A DNA stretch of 64,000 nt from Caecitellus pseudoparvulus (GCA_965644315.1 CBFFRQ010000042.1:620001-684000); one strand, 5' to 3'. Shown: positions 1-11,362, counted from the first letter of the stretch. Translations and numbers: made by a program. Notes: generated by a model not told the origin, from the sequence alone.

Positions 1-1597
1 ATTTGGCTTGACCCTGCAGTCTGAGAAGTCCTCCACTGCAGGAAAGGACATTGGCGGCAGTGAAGCACAGCCGCTTGGTGCTGCCGGCACGTCCACTGCC
101 GACGCAGCTGCCGCTCACAGGCCATTCGCAAAGCCCGTCGTGGCAGGGGGTGAGGCCAGGTTTGCCGCTCGGCTGCAGGCCCGGCCACACACCACAAGGC
201 ACCGCTCCTCAAGTGATGCGCAGGCCACCCCGCCCACGTCAGTGCGTACTGGCCGCGACGACTGGGCGGGCAGCGGACAATCGAACGTGCCACCCACTTC
301 GCCATCTCCTCTCAGCCGCCCGACGCTGGGACGAGGTGACAGCGGCAGTGGGCCCATGTTTGCGTCAACGAAAGCGAAACACTATCGCAGCGCCTCTGAT
401 GGCAGCTTTAGCACTGGTTCCCTGTACGGAGGTGCTGGCGCCACACATTCGCCTGAGCCAGCCTGGCATGGTGGCGGTGAGTGGCAACAGACACGAGGCG
501 GGCCTAACTTCGTTTCGGAAGATGACGGGACTTCGCGAAGCACAGCACTGGGGTACGCCTCTGAGAGGTATGGCAGCCAAGGAACCACTGTACAAGAGGA
601 CGGACACCACGGCACTGGTTACGGTGGTCGCGGGTATGCTGGGCATGACCAGGGCGGAGATGGGTATGCAGAGCATGTCCAGGGCGGTGATGGGTATGCA
701 GAGCATGACCAGGGCGGTGATGGGTATGCTGAGCATGGTCAGGGCGGTGATGGGTATGCTGGGCATGACCAGTGCGATGATGGGTATGCTGGGCATGACC
801 AGGGTGGTGATGGGTATGCGGAGCATGGTCAGGGCGGTGATGGGTATGCGGAGCATGGTCAGGGTGGTGATGGGTATGCTGGGCATGACCAGGGTGGTGA
901 TGGGTATGCTGGGCATGACCAGGGCGGTGATGGGTATGCTGGGCATGAGCAGGGCGGTGATGGGTATGCTGGGCATGACCAGGGCGGTGATGGGTATGCT
1001 GGGCATGACCAGGGTGACGCTGGGTATGCTGAGCATGACCAGGGTGACGCTGGCCAGGTGCAGCGTCGGGAAGATCTAGGGCAGGCGGAGCGCACTCATG
1101 TAGACCAAGGCTCGGGCAGGAAACACCAGGAAAGTGGTGATCAAGTGAAGGATGGAGGGTGGGCTGAAGCAAAGTTGTTGGTGACTTGGCCGAAGACATA
1201 CAGTGAGGATGAATCCTCGCCAGGTGCCGAAGACAGTCACTATGGTCATGCAGCCAAGGGGGCATCGTTGAAAGCTGGTGGCGCAGCTCATCCGACAGAG
1301 GAGGCAACTGCTATGCCAGAATTGCCCCCCCATGCAGCAGGGACTGTCGGAACTGGGGGTGCGGATGGTGCTGGAGGGCTTCTTGGAAAGGCACCTGCGA
1401 TGGCAAAAGCTTTGGCAATCTTGGCAGCCCAGCTTGGCAGCCAAGCAGGAGCCATCAAAAGACTGGGAAAAGCAGGTTTGAAGGTTGAGCTGAAAGAAGC
1501 GGAGCAAGTCAAGAGTGACTTGCTTGCAGCCGCTGCACACGTGATGCAGCACATTGCAACCCTCAAAGTCGTGCACGACAACTCTTCCATGCATTGA
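1..1597 (+). CDS. Hypothetical low-complexity protein with a 14x GYA(G/E)H(D/G)QGGD repeat; 5' end lies outside the window
   Basis: The frame is open from the window edge to TGA 1595-1597. It contains a decapeptide repeat and a short helical C-terminus, and is followed by an AT-richer UTR-like stretch with AATGCA at 1611. Confidence 0.6.
   Translation, partial: FGLTLQSEKSSTAGKDIGGSEAQPLGAAGTSTADAAAAHRPFAKPVVAGGEARFAARLQARPHTTRHRSSSDAQATPPTSVRTGRDDWAGSGQSNVPPTSPSPLSRPTLGRGDSGSGPMFASTKAKHYRSASDGSFSTGSLYGGAGATHSPEPAWHGGGEWQQTRGGPNFVSEDDGTSRSTALGYASERYGSQGTTVQEDGHHGTGYGGRGYAGHDQGGDGYAEHVQGGDGYAEHDQGGDGYAEHGQGGDGYAGHDQCDDGYAGHDQGGDGYAEHGQGGDGYAEHGQGGDGYAGHDQGGDGYAGHDQGGDGYAGHEQGGDGYAGHDQGGDGYAGHDQGDAGYAEHDQGDAGQVQRREDLGQAERTHVDQGSGRKHQESGDQVKDGGWAEAKLLVTWPKTYSEDESSPGAEDSHYGHAAKGASLKAGGAAHPTEEATAMPELPPHAAGTVGTGGADGAGGLLGKAPAMAKALAILAAQLGSQAGAIKRLGKAGLKVELKEAEQVKSDLLAAAAHVMQHIATLKVVHDNSSMH
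632..1051 (+). repeat. 30-bp coding minisatellite, about 14 copies (consensus GGGTATGCTGGGCATGACCAGGGCGGTGAT)
   Basis: Units are directly visible at 632, 662, 692 and so on to 1022, with few substitutions. Confidence 0.97.
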
Positions 1598-1752
1598 ACT
1601 GTTCTCAAGAAATGCACAGTGTCGTTGTGATGCTAGATGCATAAAGTGGTTTGCGCTTGTCCGCTGCGCTTCTGGTGAGAGGGTGGTGCTGCTCGCGCCG
1701 TGGGCGGAATTTGCACTGGGCTGTGTCGCGGGAATTGAGCACCTTGCACTTA

Positions 1753-4497
1753 ATGGCGGCTGTGGAAGACACACGCAGTGGGAGGCAGCATAGCGTTGAA
1801 GAGATGCGAACAGTGGAGGATGGCTGCCATCACTGTCGAAGCAGCCGTGAACAGCTGGAGGCAGTGACTCGGGTGAGTTGGAGCCCGTGCAGCTATGGCA
1901 ACGCAACTCTGCCTTTTGCACGGGATCCGCGGTCTTCCCACCTACAGGAGCTGGAGAGCAAAGACTCCGAGTGCACTACGCTCCAGAGGCTGCTGTCAGA
2001 GTGCAAGGCACAGCTCGCTAGCTCAGCAGCTGCCTCCGAATCAAAGTGTAGGGAGCTGGGCAGGGTGGTCGAAGGTCTGCAGGCAGCGCTGGCTTCGAGC
2101 AAAAGCGAGCTGGAAGCACGCGCTGAAGCGCAGCTGCAAAGTGCACGAGAGACTGCGCAGAGTATGCAGAAGCGGCATGCTGAGGAGATTCACAAGGTGC
2201 GAGCGGAGATGCAGGAGTTCGCCTCCAAGCGGGCTGGTGATGTGCAGCTCGTCACGAGCAAGTATGAGACCGTCCTTCATCAACTCAGCAGCCAGTACGA
2301 GGGCGACATGGCTGAGATGCAGGCTAGCCTCGTTGCCGAGGCATCTCGCCATGAGCGAGCGGTGGAAGCAATGGCAGCGAGCCATGCGGTGGACTTGTCC
2401 AGCCTGCAGCAAGTCTCTGAGCTGAAGGTGCGCTTGCTGACAGCGAGGCTGGAGAGCCTGCAAGAACAAATGGTCATGCTGGCAGATGTGCATGCACCGT
2501 CCGCAGACGAGGTCGCTGCGTCGCTCTCTGGAAACCAAGTCCTGACCTGCTTGCAAGAGTTGCAGGCTGCTATTCCAGCTTCCAAGAACAACGCGCGGCT
2601 TCTACAGGACGCCAGGGCTGCCTTGGCAGACCAGTGCGAAGCCATGCGGGCAGAGCTGGTCCGGCGCCAGCACCTCTCAAGCATTGCCGTTCGAAACAGC
2701 GAAGTGCAGGCTGGCTTGCTCGCCATGGAGCACACGGAAAAGGCCGACGAGCTGTTGCGCAGCGTGGTGGGCCAATACCACGAGCAGTGGCAGCAAGTGC
2801 TGGAAGGCTGTGAAGGTTCGTCAATGGAACCTGCTGTCATGCAAGCAGAGCTTAACGCCGCGCGTGCCCTGGTTCGCACATGCAAGGAACAAACGGAGGC
2901 GCTGGAGCGACGGGCTGCCGAGCTTCGCGCCCAAGTGTCAAAACTTGGGCGTGAAGCCTTTGAAGCCCACTGCATGGTACTCGCGGGCTCCGGCAGCGAC
3001 GAGGCGGGGAACAGCCCGAGAAGCGCAGCTCTGCGAGGCATGAGAGCGCTGCAAGCTGCATACAGAGCTGAGCTGCGCCGTCTTGAGCGAGACCTGCGAG
3101 GTCATGCCACATCCGCGGTGCGTCAAGCCGTCACTGCTGGTCGGGTCGGCGGGGACACTGCAGTGCAACTCCTGGCTGCGGCTGCAAGCATTCACTTTGG
3201 CGCAGAGGTCGCTGCTGCAGAGTCAGCGGCGGGGCTGGCTGATGGAGGTGGCAGTCGTGCAGTCATTCTGCCGACTGCCTTGTCCCTGGCGACAGAAATC
3301 GATCAGCTGGCTCGCGGAGCCAGCGAATCTGCATCACTGCGAAGGATAGAGCAAGCCGAGGCAGCTACCAAGCGGGCAGAAGCGGAGTTGCAAGCGAAAA
3401 CTGCTGCGCTGCAATCCGCGCATGAGGCGGCGCTCCAGACTTTGTCCGCCAGCCACGAGCAGGCACTGGCTGCTGTGAAAGCACAGTCCGAGCAGCAGGT
3501 GGTGTCGCTGTCCACAGACTTGAAGGAGCTGCAGCGTGACCTCGAAGCGCGCCAAACTGAGCTGGAGGCATCGAAAGGGGCTCTAGCAGAGTGTGAGGCA
3601 CAGCTTGAGGAGAGCCGGGCTGAGGCAAAAGAAGCGCTGCTCAGGATTCGCGACCACGATGCTACCGTGGCGCAAGTCATGGAGAACGTAAAGCATGCCA
3701 CGGAAGCCATCCAGGACAGCGCCAATGAGACAGTCGCGCATGCCGTGGCCCACAGTGCGGCTGCCGCGGCAGCTCAGCGGGCTGTTGCCAGCGCTGCATC
3801 CGGCGAGGTGAAGCGCCTCAAAGCCATGGTCGCAGACCTCCACAATCGTCTTCGGCAGAAGGAACGCCAAGCTGCTGAGGCCAGTGTCCAAGCAGCGGAT
3901 GTCGTCACTGCACTCAAGCGAGAACGACAACGGCACGCCGGCTGCCGGGAAGAGGTGAACACCTTGGCCAGCCAGTTGCATGCCAATCGGCAAGTGATTG
4001 CAGACCTTTTGCTCAAGACGCAAGCGTATGCTGCCGCACATGGCCTGGAGGGGGGCTCCGGACCAACGACCCCCAGCCCGAGCAAATCATATGCTGAGTT
4101 CGCTGCTAGGAACGGCTTAGGATCACAGCCAAAGAGCCCGTCCGCAGTGGTACGAAGCTTGGCAGGAAGCACAGCGGTCAAGGACGTCACGGGTTCGCTG
4201 CCCAGTCCGACCTCTCCTTGGCGCTCGTCGCCCACCACCCGAAGCCTGGCCCGGACATCACCGCAGCCTCGCCGTGGACGAGGATCTTCACCGGCTACGA
4301 GCCCAGATCAGAAGCCAGCGTCCCCCTCTGACACACGTCGTGCTAAGGACTTGATCCGCGGCCACATTCTCCGCACGGATTCCGTGTCAGGGCTGGGGCA
4401 CAAGCGATACGATGTCAAGTCCAAGCACAAAGGTTTCGGCACCGTCGCGGTCCGTCGAACTTCCTTGCTGCTCAAGCGCAGCGCCCAAAAGCAATGA
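1753..4497 (+). CDS. Long coiled-coil protein with an S/P/R-rich basic tail; join(1753..1872,1948..4497)
   Basis: First ATG at 1753. In-frame 75-nt intron GTGAGT..CCTACAG (1873-1947). Heptad-rich A/E/L/Q composition. Confidence 0.65.
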   Translation: MAAVEDTRSGRQHSVEEMRTVEDGCHHCRSSREQLEAVTRVSWSPCSYGNATLPFARDPRSSHLQELESKDSECTTLQRLLSECKAQLASSAAASESKCRELGRVVEGLQAALASSKSELEARAEAQLQSARETAQSMQKRHAEEIHKVRAEMQEFASKRAGDVQLVTSKYETVLHQLSSQYEGDMAEMQASLVAEASRHERAVEAMAASHAVDLSSLQQVSELKVRLLTARLESLQEQMVMLADVHAPSADEVAASLSGNQVLTCLQELQAAIPASKNNARLLQDARAALADQCEAMRAELVRRQHLSSIAVRNSEVQAGLLAMEHTEKADELLRSVVGQYHEQWQQVLEGCEGSSMEPAVMQAELNAARALVRTCKEQTEALERRAAELRAQVSKLGREAFEAHCMVLAGSGSDEAGNSPRSAALRGMRALQAAYRAELRRLERDLRGHATSAVRQAVTAGRVGGDTAVQLLAAAASIHFGAEVAAAESAAGLADGGGSRAVILPTALSLATEIDQLARGASESASLRRIEQAEAATKRAEAELQAKTAALQSAHEAALQTLSASHEQALAAVKAQSEQQVVSLSTDLKELQRDLEARQTELEASKGALAECEAQLEESRAEAKEALLRIRDHDATVAQVMENVKHATEAIQDSANETVAHAVAHSAAAAAAQRAVASAASGEVKRLKAMVADLHNRLRQKERQAAEASVQAADVVTALKRERQRHAGCREEVNTLASQLHANRQVIADLLLKTQAYAAAHGLEGGSGPTTPSPSKSYAEFAARNGLGSQPKSPSAVVRSLAGSTAVKDVTGSLPSPTSPWRSSPTTRSLARTSPQPRRGRGSSPATSPDQKPASPSDTRRAKDLIRGHILRTDSVSGLGHKRYDVKSKHKGFGTVAVRRTSLLLKRSAQKQ

Positions 4498-4743
4498 GCC
4501 ACGTGCAGGCCCAATGCAAAATGAAGTGCAAGACTGTACGTGATAGAGGTGGTGGCTCTGCGTGCCCCCTGACTCCAAGCCGGTGTGTTGCCTTACACCC
4601 AGGGAAAATGCAAGGCTGGCCAACAGCGGCATGCCAGGGCTCAGCATGCCAGAGCCATTCAGACATATGAAACAAATCACCATCCCCTGCCAATAATACA
4701 CGGTTCCTTCTTCATTGCCACATGTTCAGTCAGTCAGTTCACC

Positions 4744-6257
4744 ATGCTGTCTGCAGCATTGTCTCTTGGTGGGCGAGCGGTTGGGCGCCAGCTGCCGGCC
4801 TCCAGCGCCCTTTTGCCAACCCTGGCGCCGCTGGTGTTTGGCAAGCCCCAGAAGTATGTGCGCACATTCTTCAGTACTCGTGAAGAAGTCTGGCCGGAGC
4901 GAGGCGTGAACACCATCGTGCGTGACCTGTGGTAGACACAGGCGTGGTGAGGGTGTGCGTTTCGGGCCGGCACCACAGGGACGCCTTGGCCCGTCTGTGC
5001 AGCTCAACATCGTCCCCCAAGGCAATGCCCACATCGTTGAACGTTTTGGAAAGCTGAGATCCGTCGAGTACAGTGGCTTTTACTTTGCACTGCCCTGTGA
5101 GTGCGGCGGGTGCCCGTATTACCGGCCAGCCACCACGCCGAACTGCTTGCGCCGTCCACACCGGCGCCATGCCCTCCCCCCTTTACAGTGGTGGACAAGA
5201 TCGCCTACGGTACGTGGCGAGTGGAGGTGCATGCCTGCATTTGATTGCATCCGTGTTGTTACCCGCCCCCTGCTCAGTCATTGACATGCGTGAGCGTGCG
5301 ATGGCCATTCGGCCACAGCAGGCAATCTCTCGGGACAATGTATCCCTGACGCTGGATGGCGTGGTGTACGTCAGGGTTGTGGAGCCCGAGAAGTGCGCGT
5401 ACGGAGCTCGGCGCCCATTCTACGCTGTCGCACAGCACGCGCAGAGCGTCATGCGAGCAGCCATCGGGCGGCGCAACATGGAGGACGCCTTCCACGACCG
5501 GGCTGGCTTGAACAAGGACATCCGCGACGACATCTCCGCGGCCGCAGTCGCGTGGGGCTTGGAAGTGATGCGGTACGAAGTGCTGAACATCGAGGCAGAT
5601 GCGTCTGTCTCCCGTGCAATGGACTTGCAGGCCACCGCTGAGCGCCGGCGGCGGGAAGAGATCATCACAGCCGATGGCCTGGCCTCCGCCATGGAGCGCC
5701 AGGCAGAGGCTGAGAAGCGCAGCGCCATTCTTAAGGCTGAGGGGATGGCCGACAGCGTGCGCCTGGCGGCCCAGGCAGAGCGCGAGCGGCAAGTGCTCAC
5801 CGCCATGGGCCAGGCAGAGAGCTTGAAGGCGGTGGGGGCAGGGCTGTCTCAGGAGGCGGGGGTGGCGGCTGCGCACATGCAGCTGGCGCAAGCCTACATG
5901 GACATGATGGGCCGCATGGGCTCCACATCCAACACGCTCATGCTGAGTGGCGGGGCGGGGGGCGCTGGCAGCGTGGAGGAGATGGCAGCTCGGGTGTCTG
6001 CTGTGTTCAGCACCATGGGCGTAGTGCCGCCTGTGAAGACAGACCCCTCCGTGCAGACGAGCGACTTGCCCGAGGCTGTGTCGAAGTCTGAGACAACCAA
6101 GCCGGGGAAGCGCGCAGCGCCCACCCCCAGTGACACTGTCATGGCCACCGTGGAAGCCGCGCTGAGCAGCTCCCCGGATGCCGACAAGCGGGAGGCAACG
6201 GACGAGTCCTTCGGCGCGGGTCTCTTGGACAACAAGTACTTCTCGAACATGAGGTAG
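4744..6257 (+). CDS. STOML2: Mitochondrial stomatin-like protein 2 (SPFH/band 7); join(4744..4917,5003..5096,5189..5209,5278..6257)
   Basis: The spliced product reads presequence, then NTILNIVPQGNAHIVERFGK..LPLVDKIAYVIDMRE..QQAISRDNVSLTLDGVVY..AWGLEVMRYE..AMDLQATAERRRR. Three GT-AG introns of 85, 92 and 68 nt. Confidence 0.9.
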
Positions 6258-6641
6258 CTCGCGTATTGCCTGCCTGCACCTGTCATGCCCAAACCTGGCG
6301 ACCTGACATTCCCGAATGCAGCGTTTCCCGTCGCGTTGCTTCTCTTGTAGCTCTTGTTCTCTCAAAGCTTTGCATGCACAGTCTGATAATTGGACGGGAG
6401 ATCCATTCAACAAAAGCCCCGTAGTGGTACAATTGCTTTGCTGCAGATGGGAACTCCAGTCCTCTCCCATGCACATGCAACAACCTCTGTGACTAGGTCT
6501 CACGCGAGGTGTTGGGCGTGGTATTCCTTGCCCAACAGAGGCGCGGCCGAGCGCGGGAAGCGCGGCCAGCGACGTCGAGACACAGGATTGCTCAAGTGCC
6601 TGTGCAGCTGCGTGCGAGGTCACCCAGCGCACTCATTCACC

Positions 6642-8161
6642 ATGCCTAAGCGCAAGAAGGGGAAGAAGAGCAAGGCGCCGCCCCCTCCCGCTCTGCCAGT
6701 GCGTGAGGTGTCTGCAGCGTGCAGGGCGAAACGCTGCTGAAACGTGCTTCCCATTCTCTGCGCTCAGAGGGACTTCACCGCCATCCCAGCGCTAGATGGA
6801 GCGGCAGGCGCAATAGGCATTGAACAGATGCAGTTCTCCCGCAAGATTGATGCCGTGAAGATGGTGAGTGTGCCCTGGTCGTGGTCGTGCGCCGGGTGAG
6901 CATCGCTGTGCAACGCTCCTCAACTCAGGCCATGGCCGAGGATGTTATTTCTGCCGCTGTCGCGTCAGGGGAGCGGGGCGTGTCCCTGTCCAGCTTATCG
7001 CTACATGCACTTCCAGATTCCTTGTCCAGCCTCGCCGGCCTTCAAGAGTTGGACTTGTCGGACAACTTCATCGTGCCAGGTGTGTGCTGGTGACAGAAAC
7101 GCTGGCGTGCTTGGAGGCCATGCAGGTGCTCTCTCTGCCGCGCAGGCATTTTTGACCACCTGTCCGAGTTCACTGCACTGAAAGCACTCAATCTTCGGAA
7201 GAACTTCCTCGCGGGGCCGCTCCCAGATGCTCTGGGTGCCAATGCGCAGCTCACAGAGCTGGAGCTGGATGGTGGGTAGCGAGGCTGCATGCCGTGTGAG
7301 AACACTGCTGCACTTGCACGTCATCGCCCCGCCACAGACAACATGATCACAGAGCTGCCTGCGGCTGCCGCCTCGCTGGCAGAGTTAGCCGTGCTGACTC
7401 TCAGTCACAACCGACTGACTGTGCTGCCAGGGGCGCCGTTTTCTGCATGGGCTCGCCTGCTGCACCTTGACCTGCGCCACAACCAGCTGAAGGAAATCCC
7501 AGCCGAGATCGGGAGCTGCGACAGCTTGGAAGTGCTGCTGGTGTCACACAACCAGCTGGCTGCCTTGCCGGACAAGCTGGGCCTCCTGTCGCGGCTGCAG
7601 GTGCTGGACGCCTGCCACAACGTGCTCACCAGCACGCCGGAGAACTTGGAAGCCTGCACGCACCTCCGCCGACTGGACTTCAGCTACAACAAACTGACAG
7701 AGCTGCGCAGTGACACGTTTGGAACGCTGGAGGGGCTGCAGGAGCTGTTCGTGAACAACAACAAGATCGCAGCGCTGCCCCCCAGCCTCGGCAGCTGCTC
7801 TGCGTTGACGGTGCTGTGTGCGGCCAACAACTCACTGACTTCCCTGCCCGAGGAGCTGGGCGCCTGCACGGGCCTGCGGGAGGTGTACTTGCAGAACAAT
7901 CCCAAACTGACGGCACTGCCAGCAGGCGCGGCTGCATGGGCCTCCGTGCAACAAGTGACCCTGCACGGGTGTAAGCTGAAGGTGGTGCCAGCCGAAATTG
8001 CGACGGGGTGGAAGGAGTGTGCCTTTTTCGACGTGCAGAGCAAGGGCAAGAAGAAGAGCTGCAAGCTGACTGAGGAGTTCCTGTTCGAGATGGACAAGAC
8101 GCACATCACCGGATTTGCCATGGCAAAGAAGAAGAAGGGCAAGAAGGGCAAGAAGAAATGA
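6642..8161 (+). CDS. Leucine-rich repeat protein with lysine-rich N- and C-termini; join(6642..6698,6768..6863,6929..7079,7146..7271,7338..8161)
   Basis: LxxLxLxxNxL repeats run across the exons. Four frame-consistent introns of 65-69 nt. Starts MPKRKKGKK and ends KKKKGKKGKKK. Confidence 0.85.
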
Positions 8162-8377
8162 ACTGCGCTGCTGTCAAGTCACAGCCGCACACTGAGGCTG
8201 CGGGCGGCCGCCCATGTCTGCTGCTGGAAAACACCGGAGATACAGCGGCAAATTCGTGCGGCTGCCTCACCACACGCCTCTTGCGCAGCTCTGTCCTGTC
8301 CACATGTGCAGCAGGGTGTCCAGTGGAGCACCACGCCGGTCCTGGGAGGGAGTGGCTTCAGCGCAGCAATTTCCGCA

Positions 8378-10138
8378 ATGGCGCCACTCAAGCGAACGCA
8401 CATCAATGCCATCGTCGTTGCGGCATGCATCACGATCCTGTACCAGTGCCTGACAAACATGCGCAACATCCTGCAGTTCCCCGCGGCACGGACCCTCATT
8501 TCGTGCTCCACTCCCACCCCGCCTGGGTACGACCGGTCTCAGGCAGAGTGGTCTGGGTCCGCACATTGCAACGACACCTCCCTTGTCGTGGAGCAGGCCC
8601 AGCTGCTTCGCGGCACAGCCACTGGCTTTGACCTTGCCCTGCAGTGTGTCACCGTGCCCATTGCAGGCTCGCTGGCTGATGCCGTGGGCCGGCGCAGTGT
8701 CGTGCTGTGGAGCTGTGCGTTGCTGGTGCTGGCAAGCTTGGCTTTGTACGCCGCCACCGCTGCGCTGTCGCCTGGGCTGCTGCTCATTGGGTACATCTTA
8801 GCAGGGCTCGGCGGCCAGGTGCAGGCCATGCTGAACATCCAAGTGGCTGACTCCATCCGGCACGGGCCGACCCGGGCGCTGGTGTACGGTGCCCAGCAGG
8901 GGGTGTCCCTCCTCACCACCATCGCGCTGACGGTGCTGACGGCGCAGTTTGTGCTGGAAGACAACCCCACTGACTATGGGCCTCTCTTCGGCCTGCTGTT
9001 CTTGCTGACGATGGTCTTTGTGCTGTGCGTGCTGCTGCTGTGGCCGGAGACGGTCGTGCCTGCCGCCGTGCTGCAGGTGAGGCCGGACTGGCGGGTGCGA
9101 GAGACACCCCACAAGGACGGGGCCGCTTTGCTCCCTAGTGAGGAGCACGAAGATCACGCCCCCACCGCCTCGCCCACGGCCCTCACTGGGGCAGAGGCGG
9201 CGGTCCCCCCTGAAACTGCTGCGGCTGCTCTGGCGGCTGCGGGCAAGGGGTCCTCCTCCAGCTTGCTGCTGTGCTGTCGCTACGGCCTGTGGTGCGCCAT
9301 CGCGCGCAGGGCTGAAGTCAAGCACGCTGCCGCACCCCAAGGCGCCGCAGCGGAAGGCGCTGCTGTCCTGGTGAGTGCTGGCGAGCAGGGTGAGGAGGAG
9401 GCGGGGCAGGGGGTAGAGGCGCCCCTGCGCCTGCCCACCTCCGTGCCCTGTGCGGCCAAGCTGTGCAACCCCTGTCGCTCGCCGTTCACGCTGTGGCAAC
9501 ACGCCTTCCCCTGGCGCATCATGTGCGTCATGTGCACCGCCGTGGTGGGCGCCTCCGCCATCATCAACCTGCAGGCCTGGACTGTACAGCGCTACGGCTT
9601 CTCTAACGCCCTCAGCACATACGTGTACGGCGGCATCATCGTCGTGCTGCTGCTCTCCTTCCTGGCCTCTCCGCTTGTTCTCTCCTTTGCGGGCCCCGGC
9701 AACACACTCACTGCAGGGTTCGCGACGCTCGTGGTGGGCTTCGCGTTGCTGGCAGTGTCGGCGCCCCACCCCGCCCTGGGTGTCAGCGGTGCAGTGGTGG
9801 TGGCCGCTTCAGGCTTTTGTTACCCAGCCCTGCAGAGCCTCATTGCATCAGCAACACCCCCCGCTGCCCAGGCCAGGGTGCAGAGCGGACTGTCCTCCCT
9901 GGTGCTGGTGGCGGCGGGGGTGGGCGCAGCCACACACTCCGCCCTATTCGCGTACGCCCCGCTGCTGGGCGGCGTGGTGTCCACGGCCTTTGCCTTAGCG
10001 GTGGTGTGCCTGTCCTGCTCAGTGCTGCTGCTGCGCCTGTGGGCGCTGCCAGTGCTGCCAGCGCAGGCCGAGGGAGGGGGGCCTGAGCGCGGCACGGGGG
10101 GGGTGGAGCTGGCGCCGCTGGCCCGTGCTGGGGTGTGA
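8378..10138 (+). CDS. Major facilitator superfamily transporter (TetA/SLC46-like)
   Basis: Motif A (GSLADAVGRR), about 12 hydrophobic segments in two halves, a long central loop and a C-half QARVQSG motif. The ATG may be 8378. Confidence 0.8.
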   Translation: MAPLKRTHINAIVVAACITILYQCLTNMRNILQFPAARTLISCSTPTPPGYDRSQAEWSGSAHCNDTSLVVEQAQLLRGTATGFDLALQCVTVPIAGSLADAVGRRSVVLWSCALLVLASLALYAATAALSPGLLLIGYILAGLGGQVQAMLNIQVADSIRHGPTRALVYGAQQGVSLLTTIALTVLTAQFVLEDNPTDYGPLFGLLFLLTMVFVLCVLLLWPETVVPAAVLQVRPDWRVRETPHKDGAALLPSEEHEDHAPTASPTALTGAEAAVPPETAAAALAAAGKGSSSSLLLCCRYGLWCAIARRAEVKHAAAPQGAAAEGAAVLVSAGEQGEEEAGQGVEAPLRLPTSVPCAAKLCNPCRSPFTLWQHAFPWRIMCVMCTAVVGASAIINLQAWTVQRYGFSNALSTYVYGGIIVVLLLSFLASPLVLSFAGPGNTLTAGFATLVVGFALLAVSAPHPALGVSGAVVVAASGFCYPALQSLIASATPPAAQARVQSGLSSLVLVAAGVGAATHSALFAYAPLLGGVVSTAFALAVVCLSCSVLLLRLWALPVLPAQAEGGGPERGTGGVELAPLARAGV

Positions 10139-10156
10139 AGAGAACACTGCATTAAG

Positions 10157-11034
10157 CTATCCACACGCACAGCCCCCGCCGCTGGCTGGTGCGGGGTCAG
10201 CGCGCAAGTCCTTGCCGGAGACGGTGCCGGGTGCCACAGTTGGGGCGGTGGTGGTGGCGGTGGTGCTGCGCTCGTTGATGACGCGGAAGATCTCCCCCAG
10301 GATGTTCATGAAGGCGGTGTCCACGCCTCCGGCGTCCAGGGCAGACGTCTCGATGAAGGCGAGGTCGTGCTTCTCGGCGAAGGCGAGGGCCTCCTCTGTG
10401 GACACGGAGCGCAGGTGGCGCAGGTCACTCTTGTTGCCCACTAGCATCACCACGATGTCCTCGTCGGCGTGGTCCCGCAGCTCCTTCAGCCATCGCTCGA
10501 CATTTTCGAACGTGCTGTGGTTGCTGATGTCGTACACGAGCAGGGCACCCACGGCGCCCCTGTAGTACGCCGACGTGATGGCACGGTACCGCTCCTGCCC
10601 TGCTGTGTCCCAGATCTGGCTCTTGATGATTTTGGAGTTGATCTCCACGGTCTTGGTCGCGAACTCCACGCCGATGGTCGTCTTGCTCTCCAGGTTGAAT
10701 TCATCCCTCGTGAAGCGGGACAGCAGGTTGGACTTGCCCACGCCGGAGTCGCCAATCAGCACAACTGTGGGGGCGGCGGCACGGAAAGGTGCTCACGTGC
10801 GCCCAATGCGGGTGCCTGCCTGCACCCCCGCACGCCCAGCATACAGGGCGGAGGACACGCATGCAGGGCGACCTGTCTCGCGCAGCTGCGACGCCAAGGC
10901 GTCTCAGCAGCTTCCACGCCACCGTGGGGAAAGCCACCTGCACTGCACCAGGTCATGGCACAACGCAAGCTTGCCGGCAAGCGGCCACGGCACGCACTCT
11001 TGAACAGGTAATCATGATCATCCCCAGCACTCAT
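10157..11034 (-). CDS. RAB11: Rab11 small GTPase; join(complement 11034..10998,10764..10157)
   Basis: [55 protein letters not shown] and a C-terminal CACG prenylation motif. One 233-nt phase-1 intron. Confidence 0.97.
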
Positions 11035-11362
11035 GGCTCAGGTGATGTGCCCCTCTTGGCAGGTGCAGTCAGGGCTGAGTGCCCAGAAAGGTCCCTCGCG
11101 AAGGGTGTGCGGGGAAACGCTGAGATCCACTGGTTCGCAGAGCGCGGTGGCCAGAGGCCGGGCCGGCAGCTCGTGGATGGGGCGTGGAGGGCGGCAGCTG
11201 GCGGGAATGCTTTGCATGGTGTGGATTGTCTGCCGTGTGCATTTGCGCACTTGGGCTCCGGCGTGTGCCGTGTCGGCAGTGCGCCGAGAGCGCAGCGCTT
11301 CATGGCCCAAGCACCCACTGCAGGCGGCCAGCACAGGCAGACATGGGCACGGAAGCCACCCG

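Noticed and set aside
632-1051. 30-bp periodic array as a CRISPR locus
   Set aside because: The units are head-to-tail with no unique spacers, there are no cas genes, and the array is in frame within a eukaryotic ORF.
51-1307. Met-rich, His-rich and other alternative-frame ORFs across the minisatellite
   Set aside because: A 30-bp unit without a stop in a given frame stays open automatically, so these are by-products of the repeat.
1597-1753. Splicing the first two plus-strand ORFs into one gene
   Set aside because: I found no convincing frame-compatible donor/acceptor pair. The gap looks like a 3' UTR (AATGCA at 1611) followed by a new ATG. Not fully excluded.
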